64,000 nucleotides of DNA. Source: Mustelus asterias (Eukaryota). Positions 1 to 11,500 of this stretch are shown piece by piece; within the stretch, counting starts at the first letter, position 1; each line of letters opens with the position of its first letter. Position numbers and translations under genes: made by a program. Location: contig NC_135823.1 in the NCBI RefSeq assembly GCF_964213995.1, forward strand, positions 496,001 to 560,000, read 5' to 3'. The notes beneath the pieces were generated by a model. It saw nothing but the letters and a program-made list of their open reading frames with translations. It did no database searches and was not told where the DNA came from.

Positions 1-836
1 AATACTTCACTCCTTCAGCATGAGGTTAGTGATAGAAGAAAGTTAGAGAATCTATTCAACTGGTGCAGCGATAATAATCTCTCCCTCAATGTCAACAAAA
101 TGAAGGAGTTAGTCATCGACTTCACGAAGCATGGTGGAGGACATGGGGTGAAGTGGATATGGTCGAGAGCTTGAACTTCCAGGCTTTCAGATCACCAATA
201 ACCTGTCCTGGTCCCGCCACGCCGACGCCGACGCTACAGTTACGAAAGCCCACCAACGCCTCTACTTTCTCAGAAGACTCAGGAAATTCGGCATTTCCAA
301 TACAACCCTCACCAAGTTCTACAGATGCACCATAGAAAGTATCCTTTCCAGATGTATCACAGCTTGGTGTGGCTCCTGCTCTGCCCAAGACCGCAAGAAA
401 CTACAAAGGATTGTGAACCTAGACCAGACCATCGCACAAACCAGCCTCCCATCCCTTGACTCCATCTACACTTCTCGCTGCCTCGGGAAAATCAGCTGGC
501 ATAATTAAGGACCCCACACAGTACCGATATACTCTCTTCCACCTTCTTCCATCAGGAAAAAAGATACAAATGTCTGAGGTCACGGACCAACAGACTCAAA
601 ACAGCTTCTTCCCTGCTGCCATCAGACTTTTGAATGGACCTACCTCGCATTAAGTTGATCTTTATGAACACCCCAGCTATCTATGACTGTCACACTACAT
701 TCTGCACTCTCTCCTTTCCTTCTCCCTTATGTATTCTCTGTACAGTGTGCCTTGCCTGTATAGCACGCAAGAAGCAATTTTTTTCACTATGTCCAATACA
801 TGTGACAATAATAAATGAAATGAAATCAAAAAGTTA
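1..836 (+). mobile_element. Rex1/Babar-type LINE, 3' fragment
   Basis: Degenerate [48 protein letters not shown]; AATAAATGAAATGAAATC tail. Confidence 0.8.
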
Positions 837-902
837 AATTATACAAAGTATAAACGGGAGCATCTGTCTGCAATTTCAATGGTGCAAATCCTCTGAGTAA
901 AG

Positions 903-1227
903 ATGACCCAAACCTTCAAGGAGGTGCCCAGGACAGTGATGAGCGTGGGGACTGGGATCCTGTGTATTTTTGCTTTTATATGCATATCAGCTTTTCTCTC
1001 GGGTAACTCAGTCCTCGGCCCCCGGGGACTGGAAAACATTCTGGAAGCGCACGTTTTGCAGAGACGACGGGCAGTGGTTAAGAAATGGAAAATTCAGCGC
1101 TGTGTTAATTTTGTCTCAGCGTTTCATGTTTACAGTTCAGGAGCCCACTCACATGTCAGCCCACAAAGAGAAACACCTGACAGTTTATGCTTCACTGGGC
1201 TCGTCAGACTGTGAAGGAAAGGCACAT
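903..1227 (+). pseudogene. Possible degenerate TM and cytoplasmic (TVYASL) exons of a third, convergently oriented receptor
   Basis: Hydrophobic VMSVGTGILCIFAFICISAFLSG; acceptor TTTCATGTTTACAG at 1135 followed by QEPTHMSAHKEKHLTVYASLG; no Ig exons inside the window. Confidence 0.3.
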
Positions 1228-1520
1228 TTTATTTATGAGTCACAAGTAGATTTACATTCACACTGCAATGGAGTTATTGTGAAAACACCCGAGTCGCCAT
1301 ATTTCGGCATTTGTTCGGGTTTCCTGAGGCAGAATTTAACATGGCCAATTCACCTAACCTGCACATCTTTTGTACTGTGGGAGGAACCCGGAGCACCTGG
1401 AGGAAACCCACACAGATACGGGGAGAACGTGCTGACTCCACACAGACAGTGACGCAAGCGAACATGGGTCCCTGGCGCTGTGAGGCAGGAGTGCTAACCA
1501 CTGTGCCACCCTGCCGCCCT
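1228..1520 (-). mobile_element. tRNA-derived V-SINE (HE1 head, alternative AATAAA-type tail)
   Basis: GGGCGGCAGGGTGGCACAGTGGTTAGCAC head and GGGTTTCCTCCAGGTGCTCCGG core. Similar copies at about 18890-19190, 25225-25520, 25640-25930, 28365-28660, 28870-29155, 35420-35710, 37220-37505 and 51860-52150. Confidence 0.75.
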
Positions 1521-2799
1521 TTGTTGAGCAGTGTGGATAAGGTGCTGAACTCAACAGCCCTACTGGTTGTGTCATTGACCTGAGCACAGGGGATAGCAAT
1601 CTAATACCGAATGTTCCGTTGAATGCATCCCGAATACCTTCATTTATTATGTTTCCAACCAGAAGGTGCCAGGTTGAAGAAAACTAGAAAGAGGAGTGAA
1701 CCTTTTAGTTATTGTTTCACCCAATGTCTGTTTCCCTGTCTCTGTGGTATAATTATCCTCTCAATCGTTGGAGCATGGATAATCTCCTCCAGACTAGCAT
1801 TTATCCTTCACACTAATCTCCTACCACATGGGGAGGTGATGGCAGAGTGGTATTTGCACTCGGCTATGAATCGAGAAATTCAGCTAATGTCCTGGGGACC
1901 CAAGTTCGAATCCCATCACGGCAGATACTGGAATTTGAATTTAATAAAAAATACCTCAAATGAAGAATCTACCGATTACCATGGTTAGCACTGCTGCCTC
2001 ACGGCGCCAGGGACCCGGGTTCGAATCTGGATTTGGGTCACTGTCTATGTCGAGTTGGCACACTTTCTCCGTGTCTGCGTGGGTTTCCTCTGCGTGCTCC
2101 AGTTTTCTCCCACAGTCCTAAGATATGCGGGTTAGGTTGATTGGCCATGCTAAATCCCCTCTTAGTGTCAGATGATTTGCAAATAAAGACGTACTGTTAT
2201 GGGGATAGGGCTTGCTTTGGATTGTTCTCGGTGCTGGCCCTGTGTGTCGCATGGCCTCCTTGGGTACCGTGGTGCCGTGGTGATTTTATGAACGTTGATC
2301 TGCTCATACTTCCTAAAGCAAAGGAGTGAGATAATCTGGAACTCTGACCCTCAAAAAGCTGCTGAGGCTGAAGGGTGGGGGGCGGTTGGGCGGGTGGGGC
2401 TGGGGCGGGTGGGGAGGGTGTCATTGAAAGCAATCAGACTCAGATGTTGTTCAGTAATGCGATGGAAGTTTATTGAACAAAACAGCGTTGATGGAGTTAA
2501 GATAAAGGTCAGTCAAGACAGGCGAAACTCACCGAGTGGCTGAATGAACTCCATCTGCCCCAGTGTTCTTGTGGATGCAACAGTGTAACATATTAGAAGG
2601 CAAATTTAGGACTGACGCCAGGAGTCTGTCACACAGGAAGTGATCGGCATTGAGAATGGTTCTCTGGGTAGAGCGAATCGGGGGATAATTGAATGAAACC
2701 CCTGCATTCCGGAAGAAACAATTGACCTGGTGGATGAGAAGTTCAAATCCTCATGGGGTGGATGAACTGTCTTGAGCACAAGAACATTTCCCATCTCTT

Positions 2800-3390
2800 A
2801 CCTTCCCTACAAAAGCAGGGAAGTCATGTTGGTATCATATAGAACTTTGCTGAGGCCACAGCTAGCGTACCGTGTGCTGTTCTGGTCGCCGCATTATAGG
2901 AAGGACGTGATTGCACTGGAAGGGGTGCAGAGGAGATTCACCAGTGTGCTGTCTGGGATCGAACATTTAAGTTATGAAGAGAAGTTGGTCGGCTGAGATC
3001 GTTTTTGCTGGAACAGAAAAGACTGAGGGGCAGCCTGATTGAGGTGTACAAGATAATGTGGGACAGGGACAGGGTGGATAAGGAGCAGCCATTCCCCCTA
3101 GCTGAAGGTGAGTTACGAGGGGACACAGGTTCAAGGTCAGGGGCAGAAGGTTTCGGGGGAATGTGAGGAAAATATTTTACTCAGAGGGTGGTGACGGTCT
3201 GGAATGCGTTGGCTGGGAGGGTGGTAGATATGGGTTGCCTCACATCCTTTAAGAAGTATCTGCATAAGCACTTGGCACGTCATAACATTCAAGGCTATGG
3301 GCCAAGTGCTGGTAGATGGGATTATTGGGAGTTCAGGTCATGGTGCAGACTCGATGGGCCATAGGGCCTCTTCTGCACTCTACAATTCTG
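2800..3390 (+). mobile_element. CR1 LINE 3' fragment
   Basis: [32 protein letters not shown] followed by a CR1 3'UTR. Confidence 0.85.
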
Positions 3391-3817
3391 AGTAATGTAG
3401 CAAGTGGCTCCAAAAACTCTCTGCATTTCTATGCAGGATGATTTTTTGGACCAGTGTAAAGTGGTGTTAATTTGAACATGCGTCAACCCATTTGTATCAG
3501 GAATTGTCCAAGGTTCTGGACTACTTCAGAAACTAACAAGTACCCATGTATCCAAAAATCATCACGCAACATTCCAGGTTCTTAATAGTTGTGATATTAC
3601 AAATATCATGGGGATAAGTCGTACCATCGCAGTGAAAAAATCATCTGAACTTTACTCACTCGTTTTCCTAATCTTCTCACGTGACTGAAGAATTGACGTT
3701 TGCAAAGTTCGCCAGCAAACCTCTTGCAGTTAAAGCCAATGGGTTATGCTTCAAGCTGTATGGATTTTATTTCTTCATTCGTGGGACATGGGCATTGTTG
3801 GCTGGCCAGCATTTATT

Positions 3818-4365
3818 CACAGTAAGAGTTTTAACAACACCAGGTTAAAGTCCAACAGGTTTATTTGGTAGCAAATGCCATTAGCTTTCGGAGCGCTGCT
3901 CCTTCGTCAGATGGAGTGGAAATCTGCTCTCAAACAGGGCACAGAGACACAAAATCAAGTTACAGAATACTGATTAGAATGCGAATCTCTACAGCCAACC
4001 AGTGTCTTAAAGATACAGACAATGTGAGTGGAGAGAGCATTAAGCACAGGTTAAAGAGATGTGTATTGTCTCCAGACAGGACAGACAGTGAGATTCTGCA
4101 AGTCCAGGAGGCAAGCTGTGGGGGTTACTGACAGTGTGACATAAACCCAACATCCCGGTTTAGGCCGTCCTCGTGTGTGCGGAACTTGGCTATCAGTTTC
4201 TGCTCAGTGACTCTGCGCTGTTGTGTGTCATGAAGGCCGCCTTGGAGAACGCCAAGACAATATACATCTCTTTAACCTGTGCTTAATGCTCCCTCCACTC
4301 ACATTGTCTGTATCTGTTAAAAGTCTTACTGTGTTTACCCCAATCCAACGCCGGCATCTCCACAT
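3818..4365. mobile_element. Penelope-like element fragment (inverted termini, GIY-YIG C-terminus, hammerhead motif) inserted in a SacSINE1-like SINE
   Basis: CACAGTAAGAG..CACCAGGTTAAAGTCCAACAGG terminus; minus-strand QRRVTEQKLIAKFRTHEDGLNRDVGFMSH; TSD CAGCA(T/A)TTATT at 3807-3817/4366-4376. Confidence 0.75.
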
Positions 4366-5254
4366 CAGCAATTATTGCCCATCCCCAGTTGCCATTGGAG
4401 GGCAGTTGATAATTAATCACATTGCTGTGGCTCCGAAGTCACATGTCGGCCAGACGGGGGTAAGGACGGCAGATTTCCTTCCCCAATGGATATCAGTGAA
4501 CCAGGTATTATTTTTCGACAATCGCCAATGTTTATCAGTAGATTCTTAATTCCAGAGTTGTTCTTTTTTATATAATCCATATTGAATAATCTGCCGTGGT
4601 GCGATACGAACCCTGGTCCCCATTAGCTAACTTTCTGGATTATGAGCCAAGCGATAATACCAACGGGCCATCGCCTCCGCATTCAGGCAGGAACATTTAC
4701 TCAGAATTAAGGGGAAAAAATCACCAGTAAAAGGGTGCTGCGGTGAAAGAGGAATAATTCTCAGGGACATTGGGAGAAAGCCGGGAGGTTAGACTAAATT
4801 GCCGGTTCATACAAATGGCACTGGCTTGACAGGCAGAATGACCTCTTTCTGTGCTGGAAATGGCCACAGTTTTAAACTTCGCGTCTATAAAATCTACTTA
4901 CCCGTGTTATCAAACGGGAATATGGATTGCAGATAATAATCTTTCAGGATTAAATATACCAATGTCCAACATCGGGGTACATCCAAATAAGGCTCGGGAC
5001 ACATTTAATCTTGCAGATTACATATTCATGCAGCCGAAATCGCAAACCAGTTGCTAACATGCCCGTTCAGTCCTTAGTAACATCTCCAACGCACACACAC
5101 TCACCCTAAAAATGTCCCTGTAAATTAGCTGAAGAGCTACCGGAAACATATTTGTTCGAAACCCTTATGGAAACCGAAATCACACAGCTTACATTTGGAA
5201 TTCAAAACATTTTTCAACATTTAGGTAACTAGGGCAAAGACACACTTTGAATTA

Positions 5255-5260
5255 TTTATT
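5255..5260 (-). promoter_or_regulatory. Candidate polyadenylation signal (AATAAA) of gene A
   Basis: TTTATT on the + strand about 285 nt past the stop codon. Confidence 0.5.
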
Positions 5261-5544
5261 GCATAATTACGGTAGAAAATGCAGAATAAAATTTTTAAAA
5301 CCGCTATGAGAAATTAGAAGCATGGAGAGGTGAAATTGCACTGCAGGCGATATTCCGTCATAGAATGATGGACACTAAGAGAAAATTCATTTTCCGCTTT
5401 GGTCGCCATCATACTATAGGGCCGCCAATCCGCCCGAATTTGCACTGGCTGCACTTTCAGAATTTCCCGTGCAACAAGAAGAATGTTTCTACAACACTAG
5501 ACATCCAGGAAACACACGGTGAGTTCTCTCTATTTCCCCTCGAG

Positions 5545-5589
5545 TTAGAGTTTTGGATCCTCGTTAAAGGCCAGGCGAGCATAAAGCGT
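5545..5589 (-). CDS. Gene A exon 6 (terminal), [14 protein letters not shown] with ITIM/ITSM-like tyrosine motif
   Basis: Acceptor CTTTTCATCCACAG|ACG, phase 0; matches TQYARLAFNAEP in gene B; TAA at 5545-5547. Confidence 0.85.
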   Translation of the reverse strand, partial: TLYARLAFNEDPKL

Positions 5590-8500
5590 CTGTGGATGAA
5601 AAGTGATCTGTTAGTGCAATCCACATCATTATTATAGGGATAGCTGAGACCATTCAGTCCCCCACTCCTCCTCCCGCTCCCCCCACCCCCCCCCCCCCCC
5701 CCCCCGCCCCGCGCACCCCCACCCCAATCTATTCAATCGGTTCATGGCTTAAAGGGAGCTCAACTCACAGTCACCCCACCAATATTGAATAATCCTGAAT
5801 CCACTCCCTAATATAAATCTAACTGTCGCAGTTTTGAGAGTTCCAATTGCCCAATGGTCTATATAGCTTTTTAGAAACATACATAGAAACGTAGGAAAAC
5901 TACAACACAAACAGGCGCTTCGGCCCACAAGTTGTGCCGAACACATCTCTACCTTCTAGACCTAACTATACCCCTCCATCCTATTAAGCTCCATGTACTC
6001 ATCCAGGAATCTCTTAAAAGACCCTATTGAGTTCGCCTCCACCACCACTGACGGCAGCCGATTCCACTCGCCCACCACCCTCTGTGTGAAAAACCTACCC
6101 CTAACATCTCCCCTGTACCTACCCCCCCCCCCCCCCCAGCACCTTATACCTGTGTCCTCTCGTAGCAGCCATTTCCACCCTGGGAAAAAGCCTCGCAGAG
6201 TCCACCCGATCTATGCCTCTCAACATCTTATACACCTCTTTTCGGTCTCCTCTCATCCTTCGTCTCTCCAAGGAGAAAAGGCTGATCTCCCTCAGCGTAT
6301 CGTCATAAGGTATGCCACTCAATCCAGGCAACATCCTTGTAAATCTTCTCTGCACCCTTTCAATCTTTTCCACATCCTTCCTATAATGAGGCGACCAGAA
6401 CTGAGCACAGTACTCCAAGTGGGGTCTGACGAGGGTCTTATATCGGTGCATCATTATCCCCGGTCTCCTAAACTCAATCCCTCGATTGATAAAGGCCAGC
6501 ACACCACACGCCTTCTTAACCACCTCCACTACCTGCGGGGCCGATTTTAGAGTCCTATGGACCCGGACCCCAAGGTCCTTCTGATCTTCCACAGTACTAA
6601 GAGTCTTTCCCTTTATGTTGTACTCCTTCATCCCATTTGACCTACCAAAATGGACCACGACGCATTTATCTGGGTTGAAGTCCATCTGCCACTTCTCCGC
6701 CCAGTCTTGCATCCTATTTATGTCCCTCTGTAACTTCTCACATCCCTCCAGACTATCCACAACCCCACCAACCTTCTTGTCGTCGGCAAACTTACCAACC
6801 CATCCCTCCGCTTCCTCATCCAGGTCATTTATGAAAATGACAAACAGCAAGGGTCCCAGAACAGATCCCTGGAGCACACCACTGGTGACCGACCTCCATT
6901 TAGAAAAAGACCCATCTATACCCACTCTCTGCCTCCCTTGGGCAAGCCAGTTCTGGATCCACCGGGCAGCGGCCCCTTGGATCCCATGCCCTCTCACTTT
7001 TTCCAGAAGCCTCGCATGGGGGAACTTATCGAACGCCTTGCTAAAATCCATATAAACCGCATCTACCGCCTTTGTCAATGTGTTTAGTCACATTTTCGAA
7101 GAACTCCACCAGGCTCGGAAGGCACGATCTGCCCTTGACAAAGCCATGCTGAGTATTCTTGAGCATACTCAACCTCTCTAAATGCTCATATATCCTGTCC
7201 CTCAGCATCTTCTCCATGACGCATGAGGAGCGTCTGAGGACTGGGGGTCCATACTCAAAGAACAAAAAGCAAAGAACTAAGAAAAATACAGCACAGGAAC
7301 AGGCCCTTCGGCCCTCCAAGCCCGTGCCGCTGCCTGGTCCAAACTAGACCATTATTTTCTATCTCTCCATTCCCACTCCGTTCATATGGCTATCTAGATC
7401 AGTCTTAAACGTTCCCAGTCTGTCCGCCTCCATCACCTTGCCCGGCAGCGCATTCCAGGCCTCCACTACCCTCTGTGTAAAATATGTCCTTCTGATATCT
7501 GTGTTAAACCTCCCCCCCCCTTCACCTTGAACCTATGACCCCTTGAGAACGTCACCACCGACCTGGGGAAAAGCTTCCCACCGTTCACCCTATCGATGTC
7601 TTTCATAATTTTATACACCTCTATTAAGTCTCCTCTCATCCTCCGTCTTTCCAGGGAGAAGAACCCCAGTTTACCCAATCTCTCCTCATAGCTAAGCCCC
7701 TCCATACCAGGCCTTCCATCCATTGATTCTGTCTGCACTTCCCGCTGTCTCGGAAAAGCTGCCAGCATTATTAAGGACCCGACGCATTCCGGACTTACTC
7801 TCTTCCACCTTCTTCCGTCGGGAAAATGAGACAAAAGTCTGAGGTCACCAACCAACCGACTCAAAAACAGCTTCTTCCCTGCTGCCATCAGACTTTGAAT
7901 GTACCTACCTCGTACTAAGTTGATCTTTCTCTACCCCCGAGCTGTGACCGTAACACTACACTCTCCACTCTCTCCTTTCTTTCTCTATGAACGGTATGCC
8001 TTCTCTGTGTCGCGCGCAGGAAACAATACTTTTCACGGAATATGGATACATATGACGATAAGAAATCAAATCTATGTACTCTATGAATGGTATGCTTTGT
8101 TTGTACAGCGCGCAAGAAACAATACTTTTCATTGTATGCTAATGCATGTGACAAGAATAAATCAAATCAAATCAAATGTCCCACGGATGAAATAAACAAA
8201 AAAGATAACTTTGAAGAAGTGTGATTCGGCCTCAAAACTGTCTCTGTCCGTGATGCCGCCAGGCTTGTTGAAATTTTCCAGAAATTTCTGTATTGGTCAT
8301 GTATTCTAAACCGCGGATTAATAGTTAATGAAATGTATCTCTGTGGTATAGCAACAATAATTCCATTCATTCACCTCTGTATTCTGTTTGTGTTCTCTGG
8401 ATTCTGTCAGTTCCTCATCCCTGTTCGCGGTTCCTGTCAGAAAGAGCAATTAAACTGAAATTTAAAGTGACTACATTTCACACCGAACCCGCTCAGAAGT

Positions 8501-11500
8501 TCAATAACTCGGTGATAAATGCGCGGATTGAGAGCGCCGTGGAGTAACAGCGCCCCCCAACAATCGCTACCTCTCTGCCGGTTCCTGCACATCCTTCTTC
8601 CGGCCACAAGGACCAATCCCAGAAGGAGAAGCGCCGCAGCCGACAAACCCCCGGAAAACAGTAAATGACAGGTGGTCGGGAACGGAGAATCTGCGAAAAG
8701 AATTAAACTTTCACTCAAAGAAAATCAAGTGTGGAAATAATTAAACAAGCGAAGGATTTTGTCCAATTTAACTCTCCAATTTGACCGGAAAATGGCAAAA
8801 TGTTTTTGCACACTTTCCCATCATATAATAGAGTAGCACCTTTACAGCAGAACACAAGGCGAGGTAGAAAGAGATAGTGACAGGGAGACTGAGAATTTGT
8901 TGAATAGGGCACACAGACAGATGGAAGAAGAGAGTGAAAGATTGAGAGAGAGAGTAACCATGAATCCCACAGCGCAGAAGAAGACCATTCGGGCCATCGA
9001 GTCTACACTAACAACAATCCCACCCTATCCCCGTCACCTCACGTATTTACTCTGCTAATCCCCCTGACACTCGTGTCAATTTAACACGGCCTTTCAAACT
9101 AACCCGCACGTGTTTGGACTGTGGGAGGAAACCGAAGCACCCGAGGAAATCCACGCAGACACGGGGAGAATGTGCAGACTCCACATAGACAAGCCCCGAG
9201 GTAGGAATTGAACCCGGGGCTCTTGGCGCTGTGAGATATCACTGCGAATGATTGTGCCACCTTGCTGCCAATCGAGAGATTTTTAAAAAGCACTTTTCCA
9301 ATCGGACACAGGCAGAGGCAGTGACAGAGGGACTGGGCGCTTTTTAACAGGGCACACATAGAGGAAGAGTGAGAGTGTGAAAGATTCAGGGAGGAGAAAA
9401 AAACCAAGATGTTACAAAGCCCAGTTTAAACAACAGAGAAGAAAAGCATGAAGTTGTGTCACAGAGGCTGACAGCATGGAAATAGGCCCTTCGGACCAAC
9501 TTGTCCATCCCGCTCCTTTTTTTAACCACTAAACTAGTCTAATTTGCCCGTGTTTGGCCCATATCCCTCTATACGCATCTCATGTAACCGTCTAAACGCT
9601 TTTTAAAAGACAAAATTGTACCCACCTCGACTACTACCTCTCGCAGCTCGTTCCAGACACTCAACACGCAGTGTGTGAAAAAATGCCCCAGATATATTGA
9701 CGGAATAAATGATTCAAAGTTAGAACAGCAATCTGAGAGAACACCGTTCAAACAGGACAAGAGATGAATACAGCACGCCGCAGAATACTAGATAAACCAA
9801 TAAACAGGGAGAGAGAGAGACAGAGAGACAGAGAGAGAGAGAAGGCAATCAATCGCTGAAGGTCGAGCGAGAGTGAAAGAGATGCAAGCAGTGGAGTAGG
9901 ACAGACTGACCGAGAAAGCGACAACAGGGTAAAACTTGAGGATTGACAGATAGAAAGGGAGAGGAGGGGTTGGGGAGGAGGGGGGGGGCGGGGTGGGGGG
10001 AGGGGGTTGGGGGTGGTGGAGAGATGGTACACAGGGGAAGATAAACAACGAGACAGATCGTAGTATGCCTGCAGTACAGAACAAGGCCTATCGGCCCATC
10101 GAGCCTGCATGACAATACTCCCACCCAGGTCCCAACCACTTCATCCCAAGTATTTACCCTGACAGGAAGGGACAATGTACCATGGCCAACGTCACTGACC
10201 AGCACATCTTTGGACACGAACGGCCAATTTAGTACGGCCAGTCCACCGAACCCACACATCTTTGGACAATAAGGGCCAATTTAGCATGGCCAATCCACAT
10301 AACCAGCACATCTTTGGACTCCAGAGGGCAAAATACCATAGCTAATCCAATTAGCCTGCACATTTTGGACATTAAGGGGCAATTTACCATGGCTGCTCCA
10401 CCTGACCTACACAACGTTTGACACTAAGGGGCAATTCAGCCCGGCCAGTCCGCCTACCCTGCACATCTTTGGACACTAAGGGGCATTTTAGCATGGCCAA
10501 TCCAACTATTCTGCGCATCTATGACTCTTGGACTCAATTTACCATGGCCGATCTACCTGACCTGCACTTCTTTTGACACGAAGGGTAAATTACCATGGCT
10601 AATCCACCAAACAAAGAACAAAGAACAAATAAAATTACAGCGCAGGAACAGGCCCTTCGGCTCTCCAAGCCTGCACCGACTATGTTGCCCGACTTAACGA
10701 AAAACCTCTACCCTTCCGGGGACCATATCCCTCTATTCCTATCCTATTCATGTACTTGTCAAGACGCCCTTTAAAAGTTACTACCGTATCCGCTTCCACT
10801 ACATTCCCCGGCAACGAATTCCAGTCACTCACTACTCTCTGTGTAAAGGTCTGTCTCATACATCTCCTTTAAACATTGCCCCTCGCACTTTAAACCTATG
10901 CCCCCTAGTAATTGGATCTTCCACCCTGGGGAAAAGCTTCTGACTCTCTACTCTGTCCATGCCTCTCATAAAATTGTCGACTTCTATCAGGTCTCCCCTC
11001 AACCTCCATCGCTCCAGTGAGAAGAAACCAATTTTCTCCAACCTCTCCTCACAGCTAATGCCCTCCGTACCAGGCAACATCCTGGTAAATCTTTTCTGTA
11101 CCCTCTCCAAAGCCTCCACATCCTTCTGGTCGTGTGGCGACCAGAATTGAACACTATATTCCAAGTGCGGCCTAACTAAGGTTCTATAAAGCTGCAAAAT
11201 GACTTGCCAATTTTTAAACTCAATACCCCGGCGAAGAAGGCAAGCATGCCATATGCCTTCTTGACTACCTTTTCCACCTGCATTGCCACTTTCAGTGACC
11301 TGTGTACCTGTACACCCAGATCCATTTGCCTATCAATACTCTTAAGGGTTCTGCCATTTACTGTATATTTCCTATCTGTATTAAAACTTCCAAAATACAT
11401 TTCCTCACATTTGTCCGGATTAAACTCTATCTGCCATCTCTCCACCCAAGTCTCAACTGATCTATATCCGGCTGTACCCTCTGATGGTCCTCATCGGTAT

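Noticed and set aside
1623-1830. Basic-then-hydrophobic ORF resembling a type II TM exon
   Set aside because: Runs into a SINE; no donor or partner exons identified
5007-5047. Plus-strand acceptor followed by DYIFM (YxxM motif)
   Set aside because: No linked exons or homologue; plausible by chance
8167-8340. Alternative terminal exon (RYISL..) right after gene A exon 5
   Set aside because: Would need a 34-nt intron; the 5545-5589 exon is supported by homology to gene B
10180-10610. Regular 52-bp repeats as a CRISPR array
   Set aside because: Head-to-tail units with no unique spacers, derived from a V-SINE, in vertebrate DNA
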